NCBI GenBank assembly: GCA_036172245.1
Contig: JAYWIR010000001.1
Span: 1,736,001-1,800,000 of the forward strand
DNA: 64,000 nt
Origin: Raillietiella orientalis
Lineage: Eukaryota
Reading direction: 5' to 3'
A program made the translations under genes and the position numbers. The notes beneath the pieces are model-generated. The model was not told the DNA's origin, ran no database searches, and saw nothing but the letters and a program-made list of their open reading frames with translations. Positions 40,466-52,900 of this stretch are shown here, in pieces; position 1 is the stretch's first letter, and each line of letters opens with the position of its first letter.

Positions 40466-41156
40466 CTGTGAGCACCATATTTAATCTTAAGGTTTTAAGC
40501 AACTTAAATTTGATTGAATAAAACTTCTCTGCATTTATTGTTAAGTTTTGTGTGTGCTTTAGAAAAAACATTACTGCATTTGCTAATAATTCTTACAAGA
40601 AATCTGATTTCCATTTGACAGATTGGATGTAATAAAGATTACAAGTTCCCAAACGATTTGATCCAATTGAATAGCCAAAATTAGTTTGCTGAAGTAGTCA
40701 GTCATCTTAAACTGAGTGGCCTAAACATACTTGATTTTCTCCTTTTTGTGTAGGTTGTGTAATGCATCAATGAATCCCCAAAAGTTACTATAAACATGCT
40801 TCAGAGAAAAATGCTTAATCTCAAAGATTCTGCTTGGCAGTAAAACTTACAACTGCCTAGAAGATTCTACAGAATTTCACAAAGGAACCTATGACCATTA
40901 TGGCACAGGAATAATCTCAAATTCATCAGAAGCAAATGAAGGTTCAGTTTCTAGGTATTTTACATAGTACAGACGTATTTCATTAACATCACTAAGGCAT
41001 ACAGTACCCTTAAAAGCTCAAATCAAGTAATAAATGGCTGTGGTAAATATTTTAATAAATTTGTTACATATTCATTGAAAAGTTTGTGGGAACTCTCAAA
41101 GCCATTTGGGTTAGCAAAGGAAGAGATCACCACCACCAACTACTAAATTGTGGCAC

Positions 41157-44100
41157 ACAAAAAAAAAACTCCAAAACCTGCTCTCCGACCTGCATCCCAC
41201 ACAGATGCAAGGAAAGTGCTGCGTGCATCCAGCCAATCCGTCCTCCCAGGTGCAGCGGCTGTCGGACGCGACGCAAATACTCATCGAAGTCAGCGAGAAC
41301 GGATTGCATGTTTCTTGTCTCACCACGAGTGCATCCCGAGCGGTCCCGGAGCCACGTCGCTCGGAGCTGCAAACAAGTTGCCGCAGTAGCGGATCGTTCA
41401 AGGCAGCTCCCCAGCAGGCCCCGGTCCCACAGAACCGCCGATCCCGGAGTCGAGGTCCCAGCGAGCAGCCTGCGGGAGCGCGTGCTGCACGCGCGCTCTC
41501 CGACCTCCATCAGCACGCACGCAGCCACCGTCAGCATCGGTGCGCAAAGCGACCGCCGACCGCCAGACACTCGCGCATCAAAGCACAGCCGGCGCTGCCG
41601 AAGGCGTGTTCGCCAGGTGCACGTGTTCCAGGGATTCCGGGTGGGTGCGAGCATCGCCTTGGGGTGCTGCTCCTCCCTCGCCTGCAGGGATGGGGCACGC
41701 GCTGGACGGCCCGTGGCGCGGCCGCGAGCCGGAGAAGGCCTTCGGTCCACGACTCGCGCGTCTTCCCGTCAAGAAATGTGCCCCCCGGAGAGCACGCACC
41801 GGACGGCCAAGGCCTGCCGTCGCCTTGGTTCCGGAGCACCGGTGGGCACGTTGCGCTTCCGCCGTGTCGCGCGGGCACCTAGCAACGGGCGATTGCACAC
41901 ATGCGGGCGCGAGTGTTTGCCAACAATGGCGCGATCGGCGGTCTACGAGTGGCAGCCCACGTGCACAGCTACGTACAGACGAATGCCAACGATGGTGCTC
42001 TCTGCCCCTGCCCGCCGGCCATGGCAGGGCGCCATCCGATGGCGAGGGGGTGATCTTGGGTGCCGGCTCCGGGGGGCTGCGTTCGTACCGGCGCGTGCCA
42101 GCAGCCTCGCAAGAGCGCCCTCGCAAGCGTGCCGAACGGTTGCGCGGTCGGTGCTGTCCGACGCTGCTACGACCTGCCGCCTTCCGAGCAGCGCCCGGCG
42201 ACTCGCTCCGTGGACCGAGGAGGCGGTCGAGGCTTCCACAATGCTCCCAGCCAGCCGACGGCTCACGGGAATCGGCTCTCTGCACGACTGCACCGACGCA
42301 GTCCCGCCACCCGATTTCCGCACAGCGTCGACGACGTCGCCTGCCCAACCTGCATCCACCCGCACGGACGGTGATGCGCTGCTCCCTCATCCTCATCTTG
42401 GCGTTCGCACTCCCGCGATTCGACTTGGACCGCGCGCGCCCTTCCCCCTCTGCGGCGGCAAGACGACGACGACGACGACGACATCCCGCGTCGAAACCAC
42501 CGCGACCGCACTCGGTCGTCACGGATGATTGGGCGATGGGCAGCGGTCACTGCGTCATCTCATTCCTCTGAGGAGACCCGGCGCGGAGGAGGCTCTCCTC
42601 CCAGAAGAGACGGTGGATGGATCCTTCCTCCCTGCCTTCGTCCACGATCTCCGCTCGCCGTCCTCCTCCGACGACGAACCGGCGCACTTCCGTCTCGCAC
42701 CTTCTTCCCGGAAAGGCACGCGACCGCTCCGCTTCCCTCCATTCTCCTCTCGGTGGAACTGGTGGCACTGGTGGAAGACGGATGCCCCCCCCCCCTTCCC
42801 CCTCCCGGGACTGGAATTTGACTTTCCGGGTTCCTTCCGGAGGAATCAAGGGCGCCTTTTTTCGGGGTTCCCCTCCGCTGCCTTCCGTCCTCCGCCTCGC
42901 GGAGAGACCTACCGCGCACCGTGAAGCTGGTTGCTACCCGCTTCGGGGGTCGCCTCTCCAGGGTGTAAAAAGCGCGCTGCTCCCTTTGGGGTTCTCCCCA
43001 GAGGAGGGAACAAGGAGCAGTTCCCTCGCGGGTTCCCTCCAGAGAAGAAATTCAAGGACCGAATCCTTTCCGGGTTGCTTTTTTTTTTTTCTTTTTTTTT
43101 TTTAAGGCCAGTAGTGACCTCCACGAGGAGATCGTTACTATTGGCCTAGGATGATGGAAATCCTTGGGTCCTTCTTTTTTCTTCTGTCTTCGCTGTTTTT
43201 CTTTCAGTTTTTTTTTTTTTTAAGAGTTTTTTTTTTTTTTTGGTTTGCTAAGTACCTCAGAGCCGGTCGCGTGCCTCGCGGCGCACGTGGCTCTTTTTAA
43301 ACATTAACACACTGTTTGGTTCCCACGCCCCTCCGCCCGCGGCAACCCGCAGGGGGGCGTGTAATTTCTTCAGTGTAATTCTTCAGGATAGGGGGCACCC
43401 CGGGATGGGGTCCGCCCTATGAATCCAGGAAGGGCTCGGAGTCCGTTCCTCTCACGCTCGGGGAGGGATCCCCCCCGGACGGGGGGGATCGCACCTCCCA
43501 CCCTGGTTGTCTCCGAAGGGGAAGCCCGAAGGGAATCTCCTTCCTCATTCTCTCCGGAGGGACACCCCCTGGGAGGGGGGTGGTCCTCTCCATTTTTTCT
43601 TCTCCGAAGAGAACCCGGAAAGGATCTGCTTGTAGGAATTTCTTCTCCAGAGGGAACCCGCAAGGGAACTGCCCCTTTATTCACTCCTCTGAAGACAACC
43701 CCGAAGGGACGCTTCCGAAACTCAGAAGGGGCGCTGCAGCTTCCCGCAGGGAATCGCTCTCGCTTGCTTCCTTGTGCACACTCTGTGAAGAGTCGACGAC
43801 TCGGAGGGGCCCCCCCGCAACAGGGGGAATCCGCTCCTTTGAACTGGAGAGGTGTCCGTGAGGGCTCCTGCTCCATCTTGAAACCGGAGGCGGTCCCTCT
43901 GGTGAGCGGGTCCGCTCTCCATTGCACGACCGGAGGGGGAACTCCCAACTCCTTGATTCCTGGGAGGACCCGAAGGTCGACTCCCATTGTTCCGGCCTTC
44001 ATCGGGAGCCTCCGGCTCATCCACCGCCGTGGCCACGCCCGAATGTCTCGGCCAACCAGCGCCATCTTGCAGGAGAAACTCGTAACCCAACGACGCAGTG

Positions 44101-45333
44101 GCGTCAGTTTCTGCCGAAGTATTCGAACCCGCGACGCATGGTACCACACGCGGAAGCCTTAACCACAAGGCCTCCGACGCGGGCTTTCGGGTTGCTTTCG
44201 GAGAAGAAGCGAGGAGCGGCTTCGTCCGGGAAGCCCTCCGCACACAATGAGGAACAGCTTCCCTTCGGGGTTTCCTTGCGAGACGACCAGGGCGAGGGTC
44301 CGGCTCGCATAAAGGGAGCTCTCAAGCATAAACAGAACGGATTTCTTCCACCGAAGCCTTCCTGGATTCACAGGAACCGTTCCTGGATTCCTGTGGCGTG
44401 GCGTTGCCCCTGTAACCTGAAGAGTTACGCGCACCCTCGGGTGGCGTGGACGGTGCTGAAGAGCTTCGTGAGTCCTCCCTAAGCGCGCGAACGGTTCTTC
44501 AGCAATTAGCAATGCGGAAAAAAAAAAGAAAAAGAAAAAAAAACACAGGAAGGAAGGGAGAGAAAACAGAAAAACCCCAAAGGACCATCCGCGCTCGAGG
44601 AATCGCGGCCGTTGCCCGGGACGCTGCTACCATGGTAGCAGCGAGCAAGCGAGAAATGGCGGATACACTGGCAAAGTTGGGTTGGCCTGGAGAGTGGCGC
44701 CAACCGGGTCGTCGTGAAGAGGTGAGTGCAGGTGACTGGGGTATCGGCACGAGTCGGAAGCTGGTGGACCCGGGAGCGCTGCGCTCCGCTTGCGAGCCTT
44801 TTTTCGACGGGAACCGAGGAGCGGGCGAGGACGAGCGAGCCGGGCTTCGCTCCTCCCCCCCCCCCCCGGAGATGGGGGAAGATTTCTCGGAAGCTGCGCG
44901 GAACGCTCCTACAGGGCGGAAGAGGCACGCGTCTTCGAATTCGAGGTAGGTCGAACCTGCTGGAGCCGATCGGTCCCTGCGGCCGTCCGCCAACACTTGG
45001 CTGGCGCCACTCGTCTGACTTCGAACCTCGGTCGCAATCAGGTTCGCGCACTCTTCCCATGGGAGTCCGAGGCGCCGCGCGCGCGCGCCTAGTCCACGCG
45101 GTGCTTCGTTCTTCTCTCCACGAGTCGCCCCCCCCACGCACGCACGCGTTGTCGTCGATACCCGGTTGCTAGGACGGACGAGTAGCCTGCACCAGAGAGG
45201 GTCTCGGTGTGCGAAGGCGTCGCCCTCGGTTTGCTGCAAAGCGAGGAGGCTGCCTGGAAGCAACGAGAAGAGAAGACGCGTGTCGAGCCCTAGGCGTTGT
45301 CGAGTCACATGGGTTGCGAGCGTCGATCCTTCG
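41157..45333 (-). repeat. Inverted duplication IR2, right arm (contains 1.1-kb SINE insertion)
   Basis: Reverse complement of 29219-32282 plus 1117 extra bp (1106-bp element and 11-bp TSD). GC content changes abruptly at both ends. Confidence 0.97.
43082..44187 (-). mobile_element. Full-length long tRNA-derived SINE-like retroposon, copy B (young)
   Basis: TSD CGGGTTGCTTT at 43071-43081 and 44188-44198, with the empty site visible in the other arm (about 30354-30364). Head GCCCGCGTCGGAGGCCTTGTGGTTAAGGC...GCGGGTTCGAATAC carries A/B-box-like motifs. A 3' stem-loop (43106-43146) precedes the poly(A) tail. Confidence 0.9.
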
Positions 45334-48023
45334 CCAGATGCTTTCTCGTCATTGATGATCTTGTTCTTCATTTGAGTATCCTTAAGTACTGAAGATCACG
45401 TTGTTCAAAGCTTTATTGCTACAATGACCGAACTCTGTATTGATTTCAACTTAATGTTATGGGGGCTGCAATAGTGTTAACATTCGGAATAGATGAACAC
45501 ACTCCAAGCAGTGCACCTCCTTGCACATTCCATATGGAAGAAAAAACAACTGCTTCAAGTTTCTGCGAATTTCAAGAAGTTGAGGGCAACGACCAATGGA
45601 AACTGTATCGAATCTTTTGCAAACTTAAGAACAAAAAAGAATCAAACATTGTGGAAGTGTACATCTCATCAGGGTAGTGGCCTGATTGTACATCTACAGG
45701 CCGAGCGGAAGTTCATGCTATTCAGGGCCACCGTGTAGAGCAATTCATGGAGAAGTCTGCACTTGAAATAAAACGGAAAAGAGAGAAGAGGAAAAGATGG
45801 ATAAGATGCCATCGCGCTACTTTTTAGCCCACTGAAGAATACCTCGAGCTGGAAAGTGGTATCTTTTTTCCTTTGCTTAGGTCCTTAACAGCGTTGAATT
45901 CGCACACCAGAATTCGTATGTTTGCTTCCGTACGTCCCGTTATTTCGTACGGCAATTTTCCATCCTTTCGTGGACATGCCAGACGCCGGGGTTAATTGAC
46001 AGTCACCAGAGGGCAGTTGCTTGAAAACGAGCTTTCTATCCCATACGGTCGTTTACCTAATTGAAGCTTTACGTTGCTATGTTTTTTTGGGGGGGAGGAT
46101 TACACACCTACGACGAAAGAATGTAAGGCTGAGAATCCGCAAATCACGCGGGTATTCACCTCGGAAGAGAGAAACCGACTTCATACGAAGCTACCAAAGA
46201 TCAACACGACAGCAAATAGGAGCAATTCTGCAAGCATCTACGGGAGGCCTTGATTTCAAGTTACCAAGATTTTGCAAAAATCCAAACGGAACCGAAACCT
46301 CGGGGTGAAGCCATGAACCACAACGAAAACTTCAGTGCTCCAAGACTTCAACTCGCACCCTAAATACTTATGGTACCTGCCTCACATTGCTTCAAAGGGC
46401 AAAATGAATAGGTAAATACAGTTTTACAACTGAAACTACGATGCTGATACTTATTCAATACAAAACCCAAGTAAAATTTTTTTACTGAAAGTAATACAAG
46501 CGTTATACAAGTAAAAGCAATACAAGTAATACAAGTTCAATGTCCATGGTTAACATGCGTTCCCTAATGCATTTGGCGATGCAGTACGATGAATCAAAAG
46601 TATTATGCATGCATTTTCGACTTTTTGATATGAAGATACGATGACTGCTCAGAATCCACACTCACACATCTGTTGGCATAAAACATGCTGCTAGTTTACC
46701 ATTTGTTTATTCATTTACAATGTGTGGTTTTCTCCCGTTTGTAATTTGCGAAAATGTCTCTGTAGAAAACGTTAACTGGAGTACCAAGCCATGGTAGGCA
46801 AAGTATTTTTTCTCATCAATCGTCTCTCTGCCAGAATAATCGGGCGAAAACACATATATGCTTTCCATTTGCTTGGTGGAAGAGTTCTCAGCATGAATTG
46901 CTTGCTGCATAAAATTAGCAAATGCTTCCTCTGCACACTTTCTCTGGCCAAAAACAAAAAACAAAAACTTCCCAATCTATCAACCTTGGCTTCCAAGAAC
47001 CATTCAAGGATTCTGAAACAGCCAATGAAAATTTGACATCGAAAGTTATAGCCCCATGCTTGTATCAGCTGTCGAATGTGAACTACTTAATGCCTACACA
47101 GCACTCGATGGAAAACATTTCTTCAATTGAAACCTAGACTGTCTAATTTCAGATCAGATATTGTTGTACTCAGGAAATGCCTCAGCTGAAGACCAATCTG
47201 GAAAAGTAGATGGATAAATATGACACTGACAAAAATAATGACAACAAAATACATGATTAATTTATGCTGTTACTGAAGAAACAACTACCCTCTAGTTAAA
47301 ACAAATGTTGAATTCTGAACATTCCGGAAATCGGAAATACGTTTGCAGTAACTAGGTTCAAGGTAAAATGGCATGGTACTGTACTGGCATCCAATCTTGA
47401 ATATTACTTCATTGGAAAAACAGAACTGAATACAAAACTTACTTTATGTAATGTTGCCTATTCCTTGGGATATGCAAAATTTTCGGTTACTATTGTAAAC
47501 AAACAAGCAAAATGCCTTCTACTTAAAAATTCATGAATAACTTAAAACATTTGTGAGAAAACTAAAATACAGGATCCATTACAGAAACAAAACAAAATAA
47601 CTGCTTACAGGGACAAAAATTAATGTACATTATGAGCAATGCACTCTATTCATGAACTAATGATGTGGCAGTGAAGGGATCAAACAGTAATTTATGCAAA
47701 TACACTTTCTACAGATCAAATATGACTTGAAATTCATTAATACGATCACTGTTCTTCAAACTTGCTCTTACTGACCACTAAATTCACAACACAAGGTTAA
47801 TAATACTGGTGTTTAACATGCATTAGCAGCAGACAAGCAAATCAAAAACAGTTCTCCTAAAGAATGGATTTCATAATTCCAGCAATTCACTTTTCTACAA
47901 ATACTCCAACAAGCCAAAAAAATGTAAATGTATGGTTCCAGACTTATACAACTATTCCCATAATTCCCAGACATTCGAGTTTCATCCAATTTTAACTATT
48001 CCACATGCTTACCGTTTAATACC

Positions 48024-49345
48024 TCATTCATCTTGCATAGAATCAGACTCACTGCTGGACTCTTGTTGGCAAGGATTGAACACAAAGTCTTCCATGTCAC
48101 TCTCACATGAATTTTCTACTATAAAATTGTAGAAGCAATTTCTTACAGAGTGTTTCTACCTCACCTAGCTTCCAAAAATGACTTTCTTGTTTTGAGTTAC
48201 CATCTAGAAAACCATGATGACATAACAATCCTGGTACAGTCAAAATAGCAGTACACAAAATGTAAAAAAACGAGCTGCTCAGAAGAACAAACTTCACAAA
48301 GACACAAACCAAGATAACAGAGATCTGTGAAATCAATGGAACCATTACATCATTTTCAATCAAAATAACTGAAGTCATTCACTCACAATTTTCTGAGGAA
48401 CAGGTGCACTGAGAAAATATCTGAATACCTCTTGCAGCTGAATGATGAGCTTCTTCAAATAATAACTAAGCTCAGGAGCACTCAGAATACTTCACAAGAA
48501 ATTAAAAATATGGTCAACATATTTTTAAACAAGAAATTAAAAAATTGGTTAGAGAATGAAAATGTCATTTAATTATTGAAATTTATTAAAGACATTGCAA
48601 CATAAATGCACAAAAAAATTTACTTTAACAACTAATAGGGTTCTCGTAATGGTGAAAGCTTAAATTAACTGAATGGCATGGAGGTATCCATAACTACAAA
48701 ATAATACTTTGAGGACACATCATACGAATATAAAATGATACATTTCATATTTATCGGCTGCAAGCTGAACAACACTTTACGCATACGATTATACACTTTA
48801 TGATACACTTTATGCATATCAGCATATGATTATCAAAGCAACACAGATAATAAAATCATCAACATATCATGGAAAACTGAGTTACAACTCTGTTCACCAG
48901 TCAATGGTTTTCTGAATCTGTATCTAACATATTCATGCTTACTGAGAATCCAAAATGATCCAAGAATCCACATCATCCTCTGAAGACTTTACTTTAACAG
49001 TTGTCCATATCACACTTTTATACAAAAGATAACATACATATATTACAAGTAACTGCAAAAACACCAAAGGAGTGCACATGTTGCAAACTTCCAACATCCT
49101 ATCAAGAAAAGTAGCACGCATAATTACAAACAAAAACCTTACCAAAACATTAAGTTGAAGTACAAAACAATTTTCATACTCAAATTATAATCTTTCCATA
49201 GGCAGATTTTTTGCCAAAATATTAAAGTGGGCTCCAACTTATTTATAAGTTTATCGATAAATTCCTGATTATCACGTTTGATGGATGGTGGAGCGTAAAA
49301 CCTATGATTCAGTTTTTGCAATCCAAAACTAATACAGTTCTGCAT
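48024..49345 (-). CDS. Reticulophagy regulator (RETREG/FAM134)-like reticulon-homology protein; exons 49345-49143, 49098-48943, 48489-48387, 48324-48165, 48118-48024
   Basis: In-frame GT-AG splicing gives QKICLWKD...YFNLMFW, DSWIILDS, ILSAPELSYY, a second hydrophobic hairpin (ILTVPGLL) and acidic SCESDMEDFVFNP. These match FAM134-family motifs as recalled (LLSW..P, NLLFW, SWEVI, LSVPEL). Confidence 0.75.
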
Positions 49346-49849
49346 TGTGTGAGCTCATGGGGAAAACTTTCAAATGCTGATAATTCACCCTCGAATCCGA
49401 CAGTTGACTTCTGAAAAAACCAATCCAATGGCATGAATGTCCCTTCCAGAGACACATAGCAATTACCTATTTCTTGTTAAACACACGAGGAAATGGAAAA
49501 ATCAGACGCAAAATGCTTGTTTTCAAACACACTGCATCACCCCTAGCACTGCAGGAAAACATTTCTTGAGGAAAACTTGCGCGAAACAAATATCAAAACT
49601 TTTGTTCTTTGCCAAATCGTTATGCATTTTGTGTTAGAACTGCTTCAGAAATTTGTTTCCCATTCTGTAACCAAAAGAAAGCAGATTTTCGAAGAAATTT
49701 TTTTCATAAATAGAAAAATGGAATAATTGATTAAAAGTTTTTCTCATTCTGTCAGCAATAATCATTTCAAAGCCAATACATAATAACAAATTTATATTTG
49801 TGCAGTCTTCGATATACACTTTATTCCATGAATCTTGTTCTGGTCACAG

Positions 49850-52800
49850 CATTCCAGTCAAAAGACTCGGAAGAATCGAGAAATCGATTGCATAGTAAGC
49901 AGAATCATTACTCTTTGTATAAGTGACATCAACAAGCCCAGTTTTGAAGTGCTCGAGGGTGGCAGGCAGGCCTATTGGAACATCTCCCTGCTCATTTTCA
50001 GAAAGTGTGAAACACCGGAAATCCGAAAATGGTAATGATGATACTCGCAAGGAAGAGAAGATGGGAAAAGGTTCCAGAGAGACTGGCACCCAGTAATGGC
50101 GCGGACGTATGGTGCATGCGTTCCTGGTGGGATATTCGTCGCAAGCGTGCATGGTGCATACTTTCAGCATGGTACAAAACCACAATAAAATGAATATCTA
50201 TTTCGTGGCTTGATTGCCCCAAGCACTAAAGAAAAATGCTTTCCAAAAACACATACGATCCATTTTGCAGCGCTAAGATAATACTGGGAAACATTTCCAA
50301 GCGCTTTCCTGAAAGCACTGATTTCTGTCACACAGAAGGAAAGATCGAAAATTTCCTGGCTCTCTCTTTTTTTTTTCTCACCCCCGAACGAGGAGATGAT
50401 TCCTAGCTCTACGATCCTACGAATGAAGACATGACAACTCATATGAAGAAACTGTGCTCAGTTTCAGCTATGGTTCTTTCAAATCTTTCAAATTGTTTCA
50501 AGTGGCATCCTCAGTAATCAGCATGTCTCGGTTTAATCTTTGCATAAATGTGAGACCATAGTTACTATCTATGGACAAAAATAAGAAAGCCTTACTAAGG
50601 CTTGACTTTCATGAAGAAATGTTCACCTAGAAGCTAAGGGATGCTGTAAACACAAACTTGAACGAATTCGTGCAAACATAGTAAAATATCTTTTAAAGTG
50701 TTTCCAGTCATAAAGATTGCACATGTAGCAAATATAGCAGCATAATGTAATAATGGAGCTGAAGCTAGAAAATATAATAATAAAATGGTATTGTTTTTCA
50801 AACGCAGATAAAATACTGTACAAGTTTAAAAAGAGCGTTGATACTCTCCAGGGAAAGTTACTTTATCCATGTGTGTAAAGGTCTATCAGATATTCTGAGC
50901 GCTTTGCTCTGGACATTGTTTGTTTTCCTAAAGTGCTCTGAAACCAAACTATTTTCATCCTCTGAATTCAAAAAGATGACAACTTGATCGTAGTTATTAT
51001 TTCGAAGCACGGTCATAGTGATCATTTGCTTGGATTTCATGTCGTTGAACGTCTCATTTCTCAAGCTCGTAATCTCTTTGTGGATTCAGTTCCTATTATC
51101 CTAGCAGAATATGTGGCTGCAGCGAAAAGCAACATTTTTGAGTACCCTATTTCTAAAAGCATAGATTTCCGTCCTCATTCTCTCTGTAATATGTGCCTCT
51201 ACTTTCTTTACATAAATGAATAATTGCGTCAGTCCGTTGATAAGATCTATTTCGAAGTGAAATTGAAGATGGCCAATATCATACTCAGATAGCATGACCA
51301 AAATAATTTGTAAGGATTCATAAATTCATAGGAATTTCTAGTTAATGCCGTCAAGATATGGCACGCGTATATGTAACTTACACATGTGTCCATATAACTC
51401 GGGTGATGGCATTTTTAAAATAAAAGATCTGTATCAGGAAAGTTGTAACTGTGCCGTTGCCATGAACCATGCTAATCTCTTGCGTTATCTGGTTTTCAAT
51501 ACCTGAAAGTAGTTCCCATTCCATTGGAAATTGATTTGGGCACATAAGGATTTGTGGTTTCAGTCTTTAAGTTTTGGTTTTTCTTTTTTCTCAAATTATA
51601 TCAGCAATTGTTGTATTCAAAAAATCAATTCATGTCTTGAAATGTCTCAAATGAGCGGAGTAGACATTCATCAATCCAAGTTGCAAATGTATTATTACAA
51701 TTTCTTTACTATTTTTGACTGTTGAAGCTTTGAAAATTATCACCATCTTTTAAAATTCCTAATGGACTTTACTCATACAGCCCTCGATCCTTATGGGCTA
51801 CATCAAAGCGAAAAGGTCCATTTTTATGTCATTCAAATCATTCTTTCAATATGGCACATGATAAATCACATTACCTTTTGTTTCTCGAATGAATGTTTAT
51901 AGCTCTGGATGTAACTGTGAAAATTTTTTCCCTGTCTGTTTCAAAGTTGTGATCATTTTTCTCTAATAATGCCAGAGGTGCAATCGAAATGGCATGAAAT
52001 TATACCTTTGTTCTTGTTCACAGTCTTTTTTGAAAAAAATAATCGCAAAGATATGTTTTAGGTGAAACATTTCGAATGTCTGTGCTCATCATGAAACAAG
52101 TAACGATTTCTCGACGTTCCTGAGGTTGAAGGTGTTTCCAAAGTCGGACAGAAGGTTGAAGAATCACTTTCCGTCCATGGATGATCAAGTGTTTAAAGAA
52201 TGTATTTCATGCTTCGAGGCTCTTGAAATTTTCTGTACTTATACTAGAAGGAATTACAGTTTTTTTTTTTTTTTTAAAAAATTTTTATACTTGTTTTAAG
52301 AGATCAGAATTATTGTTTTCATGTTTTTGCTTGCAATTTTCATATTCAGCTTGGTCTTTTGAAATAAATGAAATCCAAGAATCCAAGTGAGACCCAACAT
52401 ACCTTCTTTCTCAGTCTTTTTCCAAAACAAGAGCAATCATATACTTTTATCTATACACAGAATTCTTTTCCTATCTTTGAATATTTATACTCGAATTCTG
52501 TTTTGGGAAGATCTTTGAAGGCGATTGCACGTCAGGCACGAGTTTGACTACTGAATTCAATAGCACCCTGCAAGTCACTGTATGCAATTTCCACTCCCTT
52601 CAAAAGGCTATGTTTTTATTCTGTATTATTCACATGTCCATATCTCTAGAATAATGAGACACTATTCTTCAACCATTTTACACATGGGTATGGCTTTTTT
52701 TGATCATGGTTGAGATGCATCGTTCCAACATCCTTCGAGTTATTGCATCCTTCCAATTAAGAAGTAAAAAAAAATTATTTATGCATTATTTATTTGTTTC

Positions 52801-52900
52801 CACCTTCATTGAACCTACACTAAACTCTCTCAGTCCCATGTACAATTATGGTAAGTGAGGAACAAGATTTTGAAGCATTTCTTTTAATAAAAAAACAGTG
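49850..52900 (-). mobile_element. Degenerate AT-rich L1-like ORF2 (RT region)
   Basis: Ordered weak remnants: SP.G at about 51795, QVLKTR..KRL at about 51490, and NYDQVVIFL at the YADD position (about 50985). Boundaries are approximate. Confidence 0.35.

Noticed and set aside
43106-43146. CTCCTCGTGG resembles the P3/L3 of HDV-like ribozymes
   Set aside because: No P1, P1.1, P4 or J4/2 partners on either strand. It is simply the tip of the terminal hairpin.
43370-44149. 259-aa ORF on the sense strand of SINE copy B (internal CAAGATGGCG start, MALVG; MPLVG in copy A)
   Set aside because: The frame is not preserved in copies A and C beyond a few codons, and conservation follows base pairing instead. 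No similarity to delta antigen or ORF1 was recognised.
44110-44184. Functional tRNA gene
   Set aside because: The T-stem and canonical anticodon stem are not formed, there is no terminator, and it is the head of a TSD-flanked element.
44416-44465. CTGAAGA motifs as hammerhead ribozyme cores
   Set aside because: No GAAA after stem II, and copy A has TTGAAGA.
46707-47137. Short ORFs downstream of the RETREG-like gene
   Set aside because: No recognisable domain or consistent splice model. Probably UTR or decayed repeat.
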